DNA of 64,000 nucleotides from an uncultured Nitrososphaerales archaeon (GCA_963841565.1 CAWJCY010000007.1:89526-153525); one strand, 5' to 3'. Shown: positions 1-11,290, counted from the first letter of the stretch. The notes: generated from the letters alone by a model not told the origin. Numbers and translations: made by a program.

Positions 1-792
1 CTCCTCCAACTACTATTACTTCCTCTTTGTTCGTGAATGAAATAGCTCTCTCAGTGGCCTCGGCCAAAATTGCAAATGCCGTTTCCTGTAGAGAGTAACA
101 TGTATTGCCGATGTCAAATCTCCCGTCTTTGGTACGTTTTATTGCTGCTGTAAGCAACCCACTGAAGGAAACATCATTTCCTTTAATCGTGTATGGTATC
201 CAAGAATACTCTTTTCTGGAATTTGTTGCTAACCTTTCAATCATCGATCCACAAGGGGATGAAAAACCTAATGACCTGCCAAATTGATCAAGTAGTTGAC
301 CTATGGTGATGTCCAACGTTTCTCCGAATATTCTCCATCTTTTATTAAAATACAAGAGAATCATCGTGTGTCCGCCTGAAACCAGAACGACCAAAGGATC
401 CCTAGCACCCGTCAGACAAGCCCCAAGTTCAATGTGAGCTAATCCATGATTGACAGGCACCAAGGGTTTTCTATAATAAGTGGACAGCAGGCGAGCTGAG
501 AACAGACTCCTATCCTAAGGCATGGTCCCAGCCCGGGACCTGCAGAATAACCTATTATATCTATTTGTTCCATCTTTAAACAAGAATGCGCAATTGCTTC
601 TTTCAAGATTCTGCTGCACACATTCGCGTGATGTCTGGATGCCTCTCTTGGGTGTATCCCGGAACCTTCTGGAGGCCTGTAAGACGACCGTACATCTGAC
701 AATATCCTAAAAGATCCTTTCCTTTTCCCTTTCATTTCTGCAATGGCACAACCGAAAGTGTGAGCTGTACTTTCTATTCCTAAAGCTAACAA
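1..792 (-). CDS. kae1: Kae1/TsaD t6A tRNA threonylcarbamoyltransferase (KEOPS); two apparent +1 insertions near 498 and 506; runs off window start
   Basis: N-terminal LGIESTAHT and GPGLGPCLRIG. After removing 2 nt the frame continues PLVPVNHGLAHIELG, LVSGGHT, GETLDITIGQLLDQFGR, YSLQETAF. Confidence 0.93.
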
Positions 793-808
793 AGAGAGTC
801 TTTATCTC

Positions 809-2011
809 CTATCTTCTACTAGTCGCCGAAACAATTTTTATCACGTCTCTATCCTTTAACCTGTACTCTGCTCCTACTCTCTGTTTAGATCTCACATCGA
901 TACCGTAAAGAAAGCCTTTGCCCAATTGTTCATGCACTTTTGCGGCAAGATCCTTAGCAGTAGAATCTTTTGATAACAGATAAGCATCAGGAAGAACATT
1001 TCCCTTCTTATCCATTAATCTGTTCTCGTCCTCAACAGGGTAAACTACGATCATCCCAAGAAGTCCAAAGCACACCCTATTCAAAATCTGCTGAACACCT
1101 GTTGAACCGTATTTGGTTAGAACTGCCTGAACTTTTATCAATGCTTTCTTTTGGTCTTCCCGAAGTAACGCTTTTGGGTTGATGTCAAATGAACTGTCTC
1201 CAGGGAGATACCGCAGCACCCCATTTTTTGATCCGAGCTTAAGCATGACTTCAGCCTCGGAAATGCAGGGGATCACTTCGCTATCGAGGTTCTTAAGTCT
1301 CAGTAAGTTCGAGTCAGCTGTAATGAAATCTGCCTTGTTAGCAGCAACTATCATCGGTTTTGCCAATTTCCTTAATGTTTGACAAAACAACAATAGATCA
1401 GCGGGAGACCAGGAAGATAACTTCTTATCACCAAGTCGTGTTTCATTCAACGAGATAATTATCTGACTTTCCTTAACCGACAATCCTGAAAGCTGTCTCG
1501 ATAATATTTTTGATACCTTATCTGGGGTTCCCTGCAAATCCCTTGAAGTCCTCTCCATGTTCTTTTTCAGATGTGCAACCAACCACATATCAAATTCCTC
1601 TAATACAAATTCTACATCCTGAATAGGATTTCCTGTGCCAGGGCTTACTGCGCGTCCTTCTGAATCAGTACTCCCAGCTACGTCTACGACATGCACCAGA
1701 GCATCGGCTTCTCTTGCACTATCTAAAAACTGGTTTCCAAGGCCTCTGCCATTGTGGGCGCCGGGAACAAGCCCGGCTATGTCTAGTATTCTGATAGGAA
1801 TATACCTGCTACCGTCTATACACATCGAATGTAATGGATTATCCTGAACTTGGAATTCTCTGCATACGCACCTTGTCCTTAAGTATCCTATGCCAATATT
1901 CGGTTCTATCGTTGTAAAAGGAAAGTTAGCAGTTTGAACTCCTAAACTAGTGGCAGCATTAAAGAACGTAGACTTACCGACATTTGATTTTCCAATAATC
2001 CCTATTAGCAA
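809..2011 (-). CDS. ychF: YchF/OLA1 Obg-family ATPase/GTPase with C-terminal TGS domain
   Basis: GKSNVGKST, FPFTTIEPNIG, DIAGLVPGAHNGRGLGNQFL, NKAD. Confidence 0.93.
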   Translation of the reverse strand: MLIGIIGKSNVGKSTFFNAATSLGVQTANFPFTTIEPNIGIGYLRTRCVCREFQVQDNPLHSMCIDGSRYIPIRILDIAGLVPGAHNGRGLGNQFLDSAREADALVHVVDVAGSTDSEGRAVSPGTGNPIQDVEFVLEEFDMWLVAHLKKNMERTSRDLQGTPDKVSKILSRQLSGLSVKESQIIISLNETRLGDKKLSSWSPADLLLFCQTLRKLAKPMIVAANKADFITADSNLLRLKNLDSEVIPCISEAEVMLKLGSKNGVLRYLPGDSSFDINPKALLREDQKKALIKVQAVLTKYGSTGVQQILNRVCFGLLGMIVVYPVEDENRLMDKKGNVLPDAYLLSKDSTAKDLAAKVHEQLGKGFLYGIDVRSKQRVGAEYRLKDRDVIKIVSATSRR

Positions 2012-2138
2012 TTATGTCCAGATGTTATGATATTATTATATATAGACATACTTTACACACGAGAAAAATCACGCAAACTATGCTTTGACCTATTTATTCG
2101 TAGCTCTGGCACTAACCTTAAATAGGTACTTGGATTTT

Positions 2139-3539
2139 ATGAAGCATTTTAGGAGAGAACCTGATTTGGCAGGAATTGTCGCAGTTTCAGACGCTGTACC
2201 TAGTAGGGCAAAAAATGTTGTTTACATTCTGGCCCACTGTATGCGAATGCTTCAGCACAGAGGCAAGGCCTATTGGAAAATAATGGTGGACAAGAATGTT
2301 GCCGAGGGTGATGGTCCATTGCCTTATGAAGAAAAGATTTTCAGAATAGTAAGCGAGCATAAACTCATCGGATATGATGGGATTGGATTTCTGTCTAAGC
2401 GACGGCCGGAGTCGAGTGGCTTCAAACATAGTCAAATCGCCTTAGACGGATTCTTAGTCGATACCGAAAAACTGTACCTACACCCACTAATAGGTGGGGC
2501 AAGAGATAGCGACCCACTGTATCAAATTTATTGCATTTTCAAGATACTTCTAACAAAAAATTGTGATCCGCCGAAGGCTACCGACTTTTTAGATAGACAT
2601 TTAAGAGGAAATATGCTCGTACGGGTGGACGGCAATATCTATGCGTATCGAAATAGCACGGGGTTCAAGCCTCTAGTTTTAGGAAGTAACAAAAAAAAGA
2701 CATTGCACGTGATTGCGTCAGAAAATTCCCTACGGATTTCGTTAATAGATCTCACATTCAGAGATGTGGGCCCAGGGGAATTATTAAAACTGGACAGAAA
2801 ATCTGGCCCTGTCTCATTGACAACACAGCCATCACCCAATATGGTAGTGGACCCTTTTGAATTTATCAGAGAATCGAATGTAGCATCTATCGTAAACGGT
2901 AAGAGTATCTATGAAATAAGGAAAAATATCGGAAGGGAGCAGTCGAAGTTTCTTTCTGGGAGATTCCAGATCGAATCTGCGTTCGCCGAACCCGACTACA
3001 CGAGACCTATGGGCTTGGGCTTTAGCTTGGAATATCAAAAAAATCATAAGATTTTTGAAATGGGGGAGGGTGTCATAAAAGATCGATATGATGATTCCGA
3101 TCATATGATCGACTTTTCAGAAGAAGTAAGCAAGTACAAACTATTAACAACAAGTAAATCCCTGAAATTTGTTGTGGAGAATTTGGTCTCGGATAAGAGC
3201 ATTGGAACAATCCAGGGTACCATTCAGACTGGTGCAACGGTCAAGGAAACAATTCATTATCTGAAGAAAGCGGGGGCAAAGCAGATCATTGTCCTTGTTA
3301 GCTATCCACCAACGATTGATGGTAGACAGGTTGGACTCTACACACAGCACCGAGATCTTGTCGCCAACAAGTATGTAGGAAAGGTATCATCGATCGATGA
3401 AATCAACTCACTAATAAGTCACGAAATAGGCGCTGATAAGGTCTATTATAATTCTCCTACCTCGTTAGCTAAGGCGATAGGAATTGCCGAAGTAAACTTA
3501 TGGTTTCCGGAATGGATAAGATTCTTGGAGTATCAGTGA
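2139..3539 (+). CDS. Amidophosphoribosyltransferase (PurF)-like protein, catalytically degenerate
   Basis: LQHRG, GFKPLVLG, ASEN, PGEL, EIGAD and overall length match PurF. Cys1, HNG, VDDSIVRGTT and the Fe-S cysteines are replaced. Confidence 0.8.
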   Translation: MKHFRREPDLAGIVAVSDAVPSRAKNVVYILAHCMRMLQHRGKAYWKIMVDKNVAEGDGPLPYEEKIFRIVSEHKLIGYDGIGFLSKRRPESSGFKHSQIALDGFLVDTEKLYLHPLIGGARDSDPLYQIYCIFKILLTKNCDPPKATDFLDRHLRGNMLVRVDGNIYAYRNSTGFKPLVLGSNKKKTLHVIASENSLRISLIDLTFRDVGPGELLKLDRKSGPVSLTTQPSPNMVVDPFEFIRESNVASIVNGKSIYEIRKNIGREQSKFLSGRFQIESAFAEPDYTRPMGLGFSLEYQKNHKIFEMGEGVIKDRYDDSDHMIDFSEEVSKYKLLTTSKSLKFVVENLVSDKSIGTIQGTIQTGATVKETIHYLKKAGAKQIIVLVSYPPTIDGRQVGLYTQHRDLVANKYVGKVSSIDEINSLISHEIGADKVYYNSPTSLAKAIGIAEVNLWFPEWIRFLEYQ

Positions 3540-3874
3540 TTGGTCTGGATATCAAGACTGATGTTGAAAGGCTTAGAATTTCGAACGCACCAATACACAA
3601 AGTAGTCCTATTCGAAGGCATTTCATTATCAGACAACAACGTATCCATTGAAAAAGTTGAACTCAGACAATATATGGAAAGATTGGATAAGGAGAAGGGA
3701 TTTTATTCACTAATAACAGTTTACCTTAAATCAAGCAAAGGGGAAATAGAACTAAAGTTCGATGAAGGGTTCAAAGGGAGAAATCCCCTGCCAGAGATTT
3801 GCTTAACTCTGATGAAATACATAGGTCTTGAGTCATTAATAAATCGACTTGTCATCGCGCTAAATGAAACGTAG
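3536..3874 (+). CDS. Hypothetical protein translationally coupled to the PurF-like gene
   Basis: GTG start overlaps the TGA stop of the upstream gene (GTGA 3536-3539); globular composition. Confidence 0.7.
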   Translation: MIGLDIKTDVERLRISNAPIHKVVLFEGISLSDNNVSIEKVELRQYMERLDKEKGFYSLITVYLKSSKGEIELKFDEGFKGRNPLPEICLTLMKYIGLESLINRLVIALNET

Positions 3875-3957
3875 GGAATTGAAGTTAGGCCCAATTCTAA
3901 ATTCATTTGCAATATCATAGAGGATGTCTGACAGCCCAGCACGATCAATTGGTATTG

Positions 3958-4467
3958 TTACTTAAAATCCTCACGAACGGATTTTGCATAATTGCGAATA
4001 TCTTTAACATTTCCTACTATTCCAGCAAGATCCTTAGTCCCATCTGTACTTCCGATGCTATGCAAAAGCTGCCTTACTTCCGATACCATGGAACTAATTT
4101 CTGAAATCAAATCTTTTGATGCGCTAACCAATTCCTTGGTACCTCCCTCGCTGTTAAGATTATCTAGTGAAAGTCTGCACGCTCTTATAGTGCTCGAGAT
4201 TTCATCCATTAGGCCTGAATTCTGAGAGTCGCTGCGCAGGCTATCTATTTTCGAAGAAATCCTTTCAATCGACTCCAAAGTCAGCCTGAAATTTTCAATA
4301 TTTTTGACCATGGAAGGATCTTTAAAGGACTCGACTACCTCTTTAACTGTAGCTGTAATATCCTTCACCCTATTCAAAGATTCATGTACTTCGGGATTTT
4401 TGAGGTCTCGAATTATCTGTATCGCATTCGAAGAAGTCTCTCGAATGTCATTTAGCTTCCCGCCCAT
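3958..4467 (-). CDS. Hypothetical amphipathic helical/coiled-coil protein
   Basis: 169 aa ORF with ATG start and heptad-like helical pattern. Confidence 0.7.
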   Translation of the reverse strand: MGGKLNDIRETSSNAIQIIRDLKNPEVHESLNRVKDITATVKEVVESFKDPSMVKNIENFRLTLESIERISSKIDSLRSDSQNSGLMDEISSTIRACRLSLDNLNSEGGTKELVSASKDLISEISSMVSEVRQLLHSIGSTDGTKDLAGIVGNVKDIRNYAKSVREDFK

Positions 4468-4825
4468 AATTGTAATACATTCACTTAGTTAATAAAACTA
4501 AACTAGTACAAACTATTTATGGTGAAACGAGAATGGAATGAAATGTTCTATTGCAATTAGAAATCGCCACGGTTTGATTGCTCGGCTATGCAAAAAGTCA
4601 CGCCCATCCGATATATCAATTCACGAACTAATTTGATAATAAGCCATTTTGAGAGGCCTGCAGGATTTTAGACATTAGCCGTCAAGCGTTTATACCAGTA
4701 CCATGATATCAAACCTTTATTCGTTAGAATCGGCAGAAGAAAACATTTACAATAATCTAAAAAAAAAGAATACCATAATACTCAGTCGCGCCCCTTTTAT
4801 TCCAGGTGATGGCGTACGCCAATTG

Positions 4826-5098
4826 ATGAAGCATAGGAATAGGTTAGAAATCATTGCACTAATTCTCCAGAACTCGTCGGATGAAAGTGGTGCATCTCAA
4901 AAAAAGATCATGTACAGGTCATTTTTGTCATATCATCATCTTAAAGACTATCTAACTCTTTTATTGGTAAATGGTCTGATCGAGTTTTTAGGTAATCAAA
5001 GAAAATACAGGATTACAGCCAAGGGTAAGAAATTTTTGCAGATATATAATGGGCTTAATGAAGTGGTAGAAATAACAAATACGATAACTTCGAGATGA
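4826..5098 (+). CDS. Winged-helix transcription regulator (archaeal ArnR1-like/HTH_45 type)
   Basis: RNRLEIIALIL, KIMYRSFLSY, YLTLLLVNGLI, YRITAKGKKFL. Confidence 0.85.
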   Translation: MKHRNRLEIIALILQNSSDESGASQKKIMYRSFLSYHHLKDYLTLLLVNGLIEFLGNQRKYRITAKGKKFLQIYNGLNEVVEITNTITSR

Positions 5099-5153
5099 AA
5101 TTCGAAGGCTCCTATTACTTTATGCCATCCCCAAGGCTTTGTTTTTCCCATAT

Positions 5154-6546
5154 TTACTCTCTTCTTCCAATCAGATTTGAACGTGAGAAGACCCTTTCTA
5201 CATCTTCAGCCTTCATTAAGCCTTCTTCTACTACTATGTCCTTCACATTTCTGTTTGTTTCCAATGCCTTCTTGTATATTTCGGATGCCTTTACATAACC
5301 TATGTAAGGGTTTAGAACAGTCACGAGTACCGGGCTTCTATATACATACCTAGAAAGCTTATCTACATTCGCTTGAATGCCCTCGATTAAATTGGCTGTG
5401 AATACTGGTAGAAAATTCCTGAGCATATCCATAGAATCTAAAACCCATTTCAACATTCCTGGCAGCATAACATTCAACTCAAACTGACCTGCTTGCGACG
5501 CCATCGTTACCGCCAAATCATTTCCAATAACATTAAAGCAAATCATGTTAAGACACTCGGCCAAAGACGGGTTAATCTTACCTGGCATAATTGAAGAACC
5601 TGCATGTACTGCAGGGATCACTATTTCAGCGAATCCCGCTGTAGGTCCAGACGCCATAAGCCTCAAATCATTCGCTAGCTTGATTAGTTCTACCGCGAGG
5701 TTTCTGATTGACGAAGAATAACATGTAACGTCAAATCGACTCTGGAGTGCAAAGTAAAGGTTTTCAGATGATATTATGTTTAGCCGAGATATCCCCCTAA
5801 GATGGCGAATTGCTACTTCTCGGTATCCGGCCGGCGAATTCAGCTCCACTACCCACTGCCGTACCTCCTAAGGCAACAGCATACAGGTTTTCTGATGCTT
5901 GCACTATTTTCTGCCTTGCAATTTCAATCGAAGAATAATATCCGCTAAATTCATCCCCTAGTGTGATGGGGAGTGCATCCATCAAGTGGGTTCTCCCAAT
6001 TTTCATAATATCTTCAAATTCTACACTCTTGTTTTTCAGAGACTTGATTAACAGATCAATGGCCTGCAAGAAACTATTTAGACCAAGTAATATCGACAGA
6101 TGCATTGCTGTGGGGAATGTATCGTTACTTGATTGAGACATGTTCACATGATCGTTAGGGTTGATAATCTCATACTTCCCTCTGTCCTCGCCAATTGTTT
6201 CTAGAGCAACATTTGCGATTACCTCGTTAACGTTCATGTTAAAAGCTGTTCCAGCACCTGAATTAATTGGCTCAATGATGATCTGATCAAAGAACTCGCC
6301 TGAAAGTAATTTATCGCAAGCCTTTACGATTGCGTTGGAAATTTCCTCAGGAAGAACTCCCAGTTCGCGATTGGACAAAGCCGCACACTTTTTGATCATA
6401 AAGTATGCTCTAATTAAATCCGGGTGTGATCTTTGCCCTGTAATATTATACTGATTGCTGGCTCTTACAGTAAAGGGGCCATAATATGCATCTAAGGGGA
6501 CCTTGACCTCTCCTAGAGAGTCCTTGTCGATTCGAAAGCTAGACAT
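5154..6546 (-). CDS. Aspartate ammonia-lyase / class II fumarate hydratase; +1 insertion near 5841
   Basis: RIDKDSLGE, PNDHVNMSQSSNDTFPTAMH, KIGRTHLMDA, GSSIMPGKINP signature. Two ORFs join at GTAVGSGA/NSP. Confidence 0.9.
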
Positions 6547-6857
6547 GGATTTCTATTGACTACGATGGTAGCATGTTAATAAATCCATCGAAGCCGTCTG
6601 CTAGGCCGACATGGCCATTTGAAACCTCGAGGTCACTCTTTACGAAAGGCTATATGTCATACATTAGGTCGTCAGTTTTATGAACCTCGGTCAATTATTT
6701 CTGCTACTGAAGGTACTTTTGTTGAAATTGAATCTATCCATTTCTGGTTAAGTTAATTCAATATTAGTAATTTCGATTTCAAGGGCATTTCTGGATCACG
6801 ACGAGAACACTCAAACTCCAGACTATTCCAACTTCGATTCGATTCGAGTATTTAGAG

Positions 6858-7439
6858 ATGTTATTATCAGCTTTATTGCTGCTGCTTAGCAACTACAATG
6901 AACTTTTGGATATTTATGTTGCTGGAGGGTTTCATGGCTTAATGAGCATTTTTAAATCAGAAGAAGTGAGCAGAAGACTCGCGGACTTTGGTATAATAAC
7001 GAAATACATGCCATTCCTTCAGGAACATGGTTTCTCTGAATTTGGAAAAGGCCAATTGGCAGGTAAAATGGAATTACTCAAGGAAGGCTTTTCAGATTCT
7101 AGTACGAATCATTTAGAGCAACGATTAGATTCTCGAATCAGCATTAGTCAAGCTGATGCAAGCTCTTTTCATAATTACGAGGAACAAGTAGTACAAAATT
7201 CTAGAAATCCGTCTATTGATGTCCCACCAAATTTGGATGACTTAAAGAACAAGAGGCAGAATTTTGATGATGGAGAACAAAAACCAGTGGGAATTAAGAC
7301 AGCTGAGAGAAACGACGTACAAAATACCCTAAATCAAAGTAGGTTGAGAAACTATCTACCTGAAAATAACAAATGGAATTTTAAGAACGACGATGAATCA
7401 TCATGGATAACACGAATTAGAAAATTAGCTGATATGTAG
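6858..7439 (+). CDS. Hypothetical protein (start uncertain)
   Basis: 193 aa ORF, hydrophilic C-terminal half, no recognisable motif. Confidence 0.5.
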   Translation: MLLSALLLLLSNYNELLDIYVAGGFHGLMSIFKSEEVSRRLADFGIITKYMPFLQEHGFSEFGKGQLAGKMELLKEGFSDSSTNHLEQRLDSRISISQADASSFHNYEEQVVQNSRNPSIDVPPNLDDLKNKRQNFDDGEQKPVGIKTAERNDVQNTLNQSRLRNYLPENNKWNFKNDDESSWITRIRKLADM

Positions 7440-7601
7440 TTTCTAATATTTATGAGCGTTTGAATCTTTAACCAGCAAAGGAGAAGCGATAAAAATCTAA
7501 CTGCATGGAATATTCTGCCTTAAAAAAGAAGTGAACAGGTCAAGGTAAATCGAACCGACATTGATTTCGACTCAACTTGATGGCTCAATTGGTTCAGTTT
7601 C

Positions 7602-7955
7602 CTACAGTAGTTTCAGATCCTTAGTTATTCGATCGATTATTGGGGATGGGGCTGGCCCAATTCCCAGACATGTTATGGTCCCTTCGGGGATTTGTGTTAA
7701 CCCCCTATCTTGTATCTGAACTACAGGGAGACCTGAAGTTTGTGCCTTCCGCTTTATGTTGTGTAAATCCTCGAGAGAATGAACTTTAACAACAATTTTA
7801 GCCTGACCGGAATTAAACCATTTCATAAACCATGAAGGATTACTTGTCATTACCTGTTCTGCGCCAGAGACAGCAGCGTGAGCAACCTGGGCAGCTAACT
7901 TACCCATACCCATTCGAAGCTCCTTTCTTACTACGATTACTTGTTTGAATTCCAA
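7602..7955 (-). CDS. pth2: Peptidyl-tRNA hydrolase Pth2
   Basis: MGMGKLAAQVAHA, GQAKIVVKV, DRGLTQI, GIGP. Confidence 0.95.
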   Translation of the reverse strand: MEFKQVIVVRKELRMGMGKLAAQVAHAAVSGAEQVMTSNPSWFMKWFNSGQAKIVVKVHSLEDLHNIKRKAQTSGLPVVQIQDRGLTQIPEGTITCLGIGPAPSPIIDRITKDLKLL

Positions 7956-8014
7956 TTGTTCTTGCGACCTTAGCTTAATTAATAAATCGAGTTATTTATT
8001 TCCAATACGAGGTA

Positions 8015-9214
8015 ATGAACCGAACCAAGTACGATGTGGTAGTAGTAGGTGGTAGTCTTTCTGGATTGTTGACTGCTCGAGAGATAGGCTCAAAGTCGTC
8101 GATCTCGGTCAAGGTCTTGGAAGCTGGCCACGAAATTGGTACTCCCGAACACTGTGGAGGGTTAGTGAGCCTTAGCGGATTGCGAAAGCTAGGCATAGTC
8201 CCGTCATCTAGGACGTTTAGGAACCACATTACACGAGCCAAAATAAGTTCAAAATATTCCTCCTTTGTAGTTGACGCGAAACTTCAGGATGTGGTGGCCA
8301 TCGATAGGAGGGAATTAGATAAGCAGATTGCTTTTCAAGCTCAAAAACTTGGTGTTGAAATAACAACGATGAATTCGATGAAGTCAGTCTCACCATGTCC
8401 TAATCTAGTTGAACATCAGTCTCAAAAAGTCGAAAATGGGTATGCTTATGCTGTGAGCACCACGGAGGGGACAGTATATTGCAAATATTTTGTGGATGCC
8501 AGAGGATTGACCTCACTAATAAGAAGACATAGGGCTGGGATATTACCATCAGGACAGTACGAAGTATTCGCTCCATGGATAGATCCCCATACTGTGGAGC
8601 TGTATTTCGATGCAGATAAATATCCAGGTTTTTTCGCTTGGGTAATACCACTAGGAGATAACAAGGCGAAAATAGGCGTAGCAGGTAGAGACATCAATGT
8701 CGTGAATTCCATTAGATCATTTCTTGAATCAAAAGGTTCTTCATATTCGATATCAAGAAAGATATTCGCCCCAATTTATGTTTCGGGACCGATAAGGCGT
8801 TTTATTGATAAGCACAGGTTCTTGATCGTCGGGGATGCTGCTGGCCAAACAAAACCTACAACGGCTGGGGGTATCCTAAGTTCAGGAATGGGGGGTGTGC
8901 TTGCTGGCCGAGCAATCGTTAAGGCGATCGAGCAAGAAGATGATTCATTTCTTAACAGCTATACTAGCGAATGGCACTCCATATTTGGGTACGAATTTAA
9001 AAAGTTGATATTGGCTCGGAAGATATTCGAACATTTGGATAACAAGGCCATAGATGAACTATTTTCTACGGTATCCCAGCCAGCTTTAGCGCGAATCTCT
9101 GAAGATGGGGAATTCGACTTTCATTCGGCTCCCCTTTCATTAATTCTCAATGCAAAGTCTACCTCGAGGATAGTTAAGGGTCTCCTGGGAAGCAGATTAA
9201 GGAAGGCCAAGTGA
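8015..9214 (+). CDS. Geranylgeranyl reductase family flavoprotein
   Basis: DVVVVGG, HCGG, PGFFAWVIP, VGDAAGQTKPTTAGGI. Confidence 0.88.
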   Translation: MNRTKYDVVVVGGSLSGLLTAREIGSKSSISVKVLEAGHEIGTPEHCGGLVSLSGLRKLGIVPSSRTFRNHITRAKISSKYSSFVVDAKLQDVVAIDRRELDKQIAFQAQKLGVEITTMNSMKSVSPCPNLVEHQSQKVENGYAYAVSTTEGTVYCKYFVDARGLTSLIRRHRAGILPSGQYEVFAPWIDPHTVELYFDADKYPGFFAWVIPLGDNKAKIGVAGRDINVVNSIRSFLESKGSSYSISRKIFAPIYVSGPIRRFIDKHRFLIVGDAAGQTKPTTAGGILSSGMGGVLAGRAIVKAIEQEDDSFLNSYTSEWHSIFGYEFKKLILARKIFEHLDNKAIDELFSTVSQPALARISEDGEFDFHSAPLSLILNAKSTSRIVKGLLGSRLRKAK

Positions 9215-9257
9215 GCAAGATATAAATCCCGTAGTGAAACCATACTACAAGATATTA

Positions 9258-9437
9258 ATGCCAACCTCGTTACAATTGCCTGTATGCACGTCATGTGGTC
9301 GTCCTATAATGCCAAACGATGAATGCGTTAAATTTTATTGTCCCAGTTGTGGTTATGTACTAGTGTGGAGATGTGAAAGCTGTAGAGAATTCGCTAGGAT
9401 GTATAAGTGCGTAGGATGTGGATTCGAAGGACCTTAA
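9258..9437 (+). CDS. Small Zn-ribbon protein (DUF1610/HVO_2753 family)
   Basis: Four CxxC motifs ending CGFEGP, directly upstream of EF-1beta (a common archaeal synteny). Confidence 0.9.
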   Translation: MPTSLQLPVCTSCGRPIMPNDECVKFYCPSCGYVLVWRCESCREFARMYKCVGCGFEGP

Positions 9438-9443
9438 TTAGAA

Positions 9444-9725
9444 ATGTCGAAATTAGTTGTCCGTGTCAAAATTCTACCTTCTGAGGCAGAAACAAATCTG
9501 GACGAAGTTTCAAAGTTACTCTCAGAAACAATTCCGTCGGGAATAGAATTGAATGCCGTTTCCAAACAGCCGGTTGCATTTGGATTATACTCGCTACTAA
9601 TTGATTTCATCTTAGATGATAGTGAGGGTCAGATGGATAAACTTGAGGATTTTCTTGGGAGAACTGACGGCGTTGGACAGTTTGAAGTTGTGACTATGAG
9701 CAGAAGATCAGTGCAGATAAAGTAA
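9444..9725 (+). CDS. ef1b: Translation elongation factor aEF-1 beta
   Basis: VKILPS, PVAFGL motif, 93 aa. Confidence 0.92.
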   Translation: MSKLVVRVKILPSEAETNLDEVSKLLSETIPSGIELNAVSKQPVAFGLYSLLIDFILDDSEGQMDKLEDFLGRTDGVGQFEVVTMSRRSVQIK

Positions 9726-10002
9726 ATATTGCACTGGGTATCAAGGTTTTAGCACGCCTTAATTCCTGTGAGTTGTTCAAGTACAACCGAAGAGGTCATG
9801 CGATCATTGCTGGGGACGTAGAATAGCTTTTTTGAGTCAACAAGTGAACCCGAAATATATCCATTAATAACCGCATTGGACCGAACGACCCAGAAAGCCC
9901 GTGAGGCGAATTTCAAGCAAGAAACTGAAGAAGATGGTGTAGGCGAGGATATGAAGAAAACTCCAGCTAACTTCGAGAATTTCCAGTGTCGAATTGTATG
10001 AA

Positions 10003-10920
10003 TCAGAACCTTATATAGAATAAGGCGTCCAATGCAATGCCGACAAATATAACAACCAAATAAGGCGCGGTAACCTTGTACGCCTTCCATGCAAATTCCG
10101 GGGTTGGCTCTTTCGTCAATCTATAATGGTAAACTAGCATTAACGAACCAGCTATAGCTGCTATAACTGTGTATAATACTCCTAGCCCAAAGAAATAGAG
10201 AGCTAATGAATAAGGGAGTAGCAGTGCTGTATTGTAAAAAATATAGGTTGCAGTCTTCTGATTTCCAACTAACACGGGCAACATCGGGACGTTTACCGTA
10301 ACATACTCTTCCCGGGCCTTGATAGCTAAACACCAAAAGTGGGCAGGTGTCCACAAGAATACCAACAATCCTACCAAAAATCCAAGCAGATCTATAGAGC
10401 CTGTTGCAGCAGACCACCCTGCCATAGAAGCAGCGCTTCCCGCAAAACCACCAATTATGATGTTAGATGGATTATTCCTCTTGAGCCAAATTGTATATAC
10501 TACAACATAGATGAATATCCCTAAAGCGATCATAGATGCTGTCACCATATTTAATGTCAATACTGCGAGAATGACCGAAACCGCACTGAGAATAAGCCCG
10601 TATAATAACACATTCTGCGGAAGTAACTTACCTGAAGGAATCGGTCTTTTCGATGTTCGTTGCATGACTTTGTCGATATCTCTGTCGTAATAGTGATTCA
10701 AAGCACTCGAGCCCATTGATGCCAAGGTCCCAGATATAATCAAGAAAAGGAGGTTCCACATTGAGATATCCCAACCCACTTCGGGAGTATTATCGAATCT
10801 ACTCGCTGCCAGCATAGAAGTTATTGCCACAATAACAAGAACCACTACAATTCTGGGCTTAGATACTTCCAGATACTCTCTTACAGCCACATTTTCGGAC
10901 CTTAGGTGAGCTCTCACCAC
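10003..10920 (-). CDS. ctaB: Protoheme IX farnesyltransferase (heme O synthase)
   Basis: KPRI, NHYYDRDIDKVMQRTSKRPIPSG, YTIWLKR, WTPAHFW; multi-TM. Confidence 0.95.
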   Translation of the reverse strand: MVRAHLRSENVAVREYLEVSKPRIVVVLVIVAITSMLAASRFDNTPEVGWDISMWNLLFLIISGTLASMGSSALNHYYDRDIDKVMQRTSKRPIPSGKLLPQNVLLYGLILSAVSVILAVLTLNMVTASMIALGIFIYVVVYTIWLKRNNPSNIIIGGFAGSAASMAGWSAATGSIDLLGFLVGLLVFLWTPAHFWCLAIKAREEYVTVNVPMLPVLVGNQKTATYIFYNTALLLPYSLALYFFGLGVLYTVIAAIAGSLMLVYHYRLTKEPTPEFAWKAYKVTAPYLVVIFVGIALDALFYIRF

Positions 10921-10999
10921 TCTACCATTTAACTCATTCGCCTATCTGAAATGATCCAGAATGCGGGTATTCAGTGCGAACCCAGATTCCTTCATTGTT

Positions 11000-11290
11000 C
11001 TACTCCCTGATACTTTCAAGAGTTGAAACTACTTGCCAGAGCATTGTCCGTATGTGAGATTCCATCTGTCTATTTTGAGTCAGTCCATCAAGCATACTTA
11101 CGGCATTAGCTGCCCTTACTGTGATAGTGCCAGATTTCTCATCTTTCAAAGACGCCAAAACATCTTTTACAAGATTTCTAGTATTCCTTTGTATGTCCCT
11201 ATTTTTGACTATTGCATCCAAAGTCGAGATGGTCTTTGTCAATTTTTCGATGTTCACTCTCTCCTTCTCTTCTTTTTTACTCGCGCTCAT
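11000..11290 (-). CDS. UPF0147 family protein
   Basis: VRAANAVSMLD, HIRTMLWQVVSTLESI. Confidence 0.85.
   Translation of the reverse strand: MSASKKEEKERVNIEKLTKTISTLDAIVKNRDIQRNTRNLVKDVLASLKDEKSGTITVRAANAVSMLDGLTQNRQMESHIRTMLWQVVSTLESIRE

Noticed and set aside
9726-10002. Possible small gene or RNA between ef1b and ctaB
   Set aside because: Only short open frames without a convincing start or motif, and no clear structure
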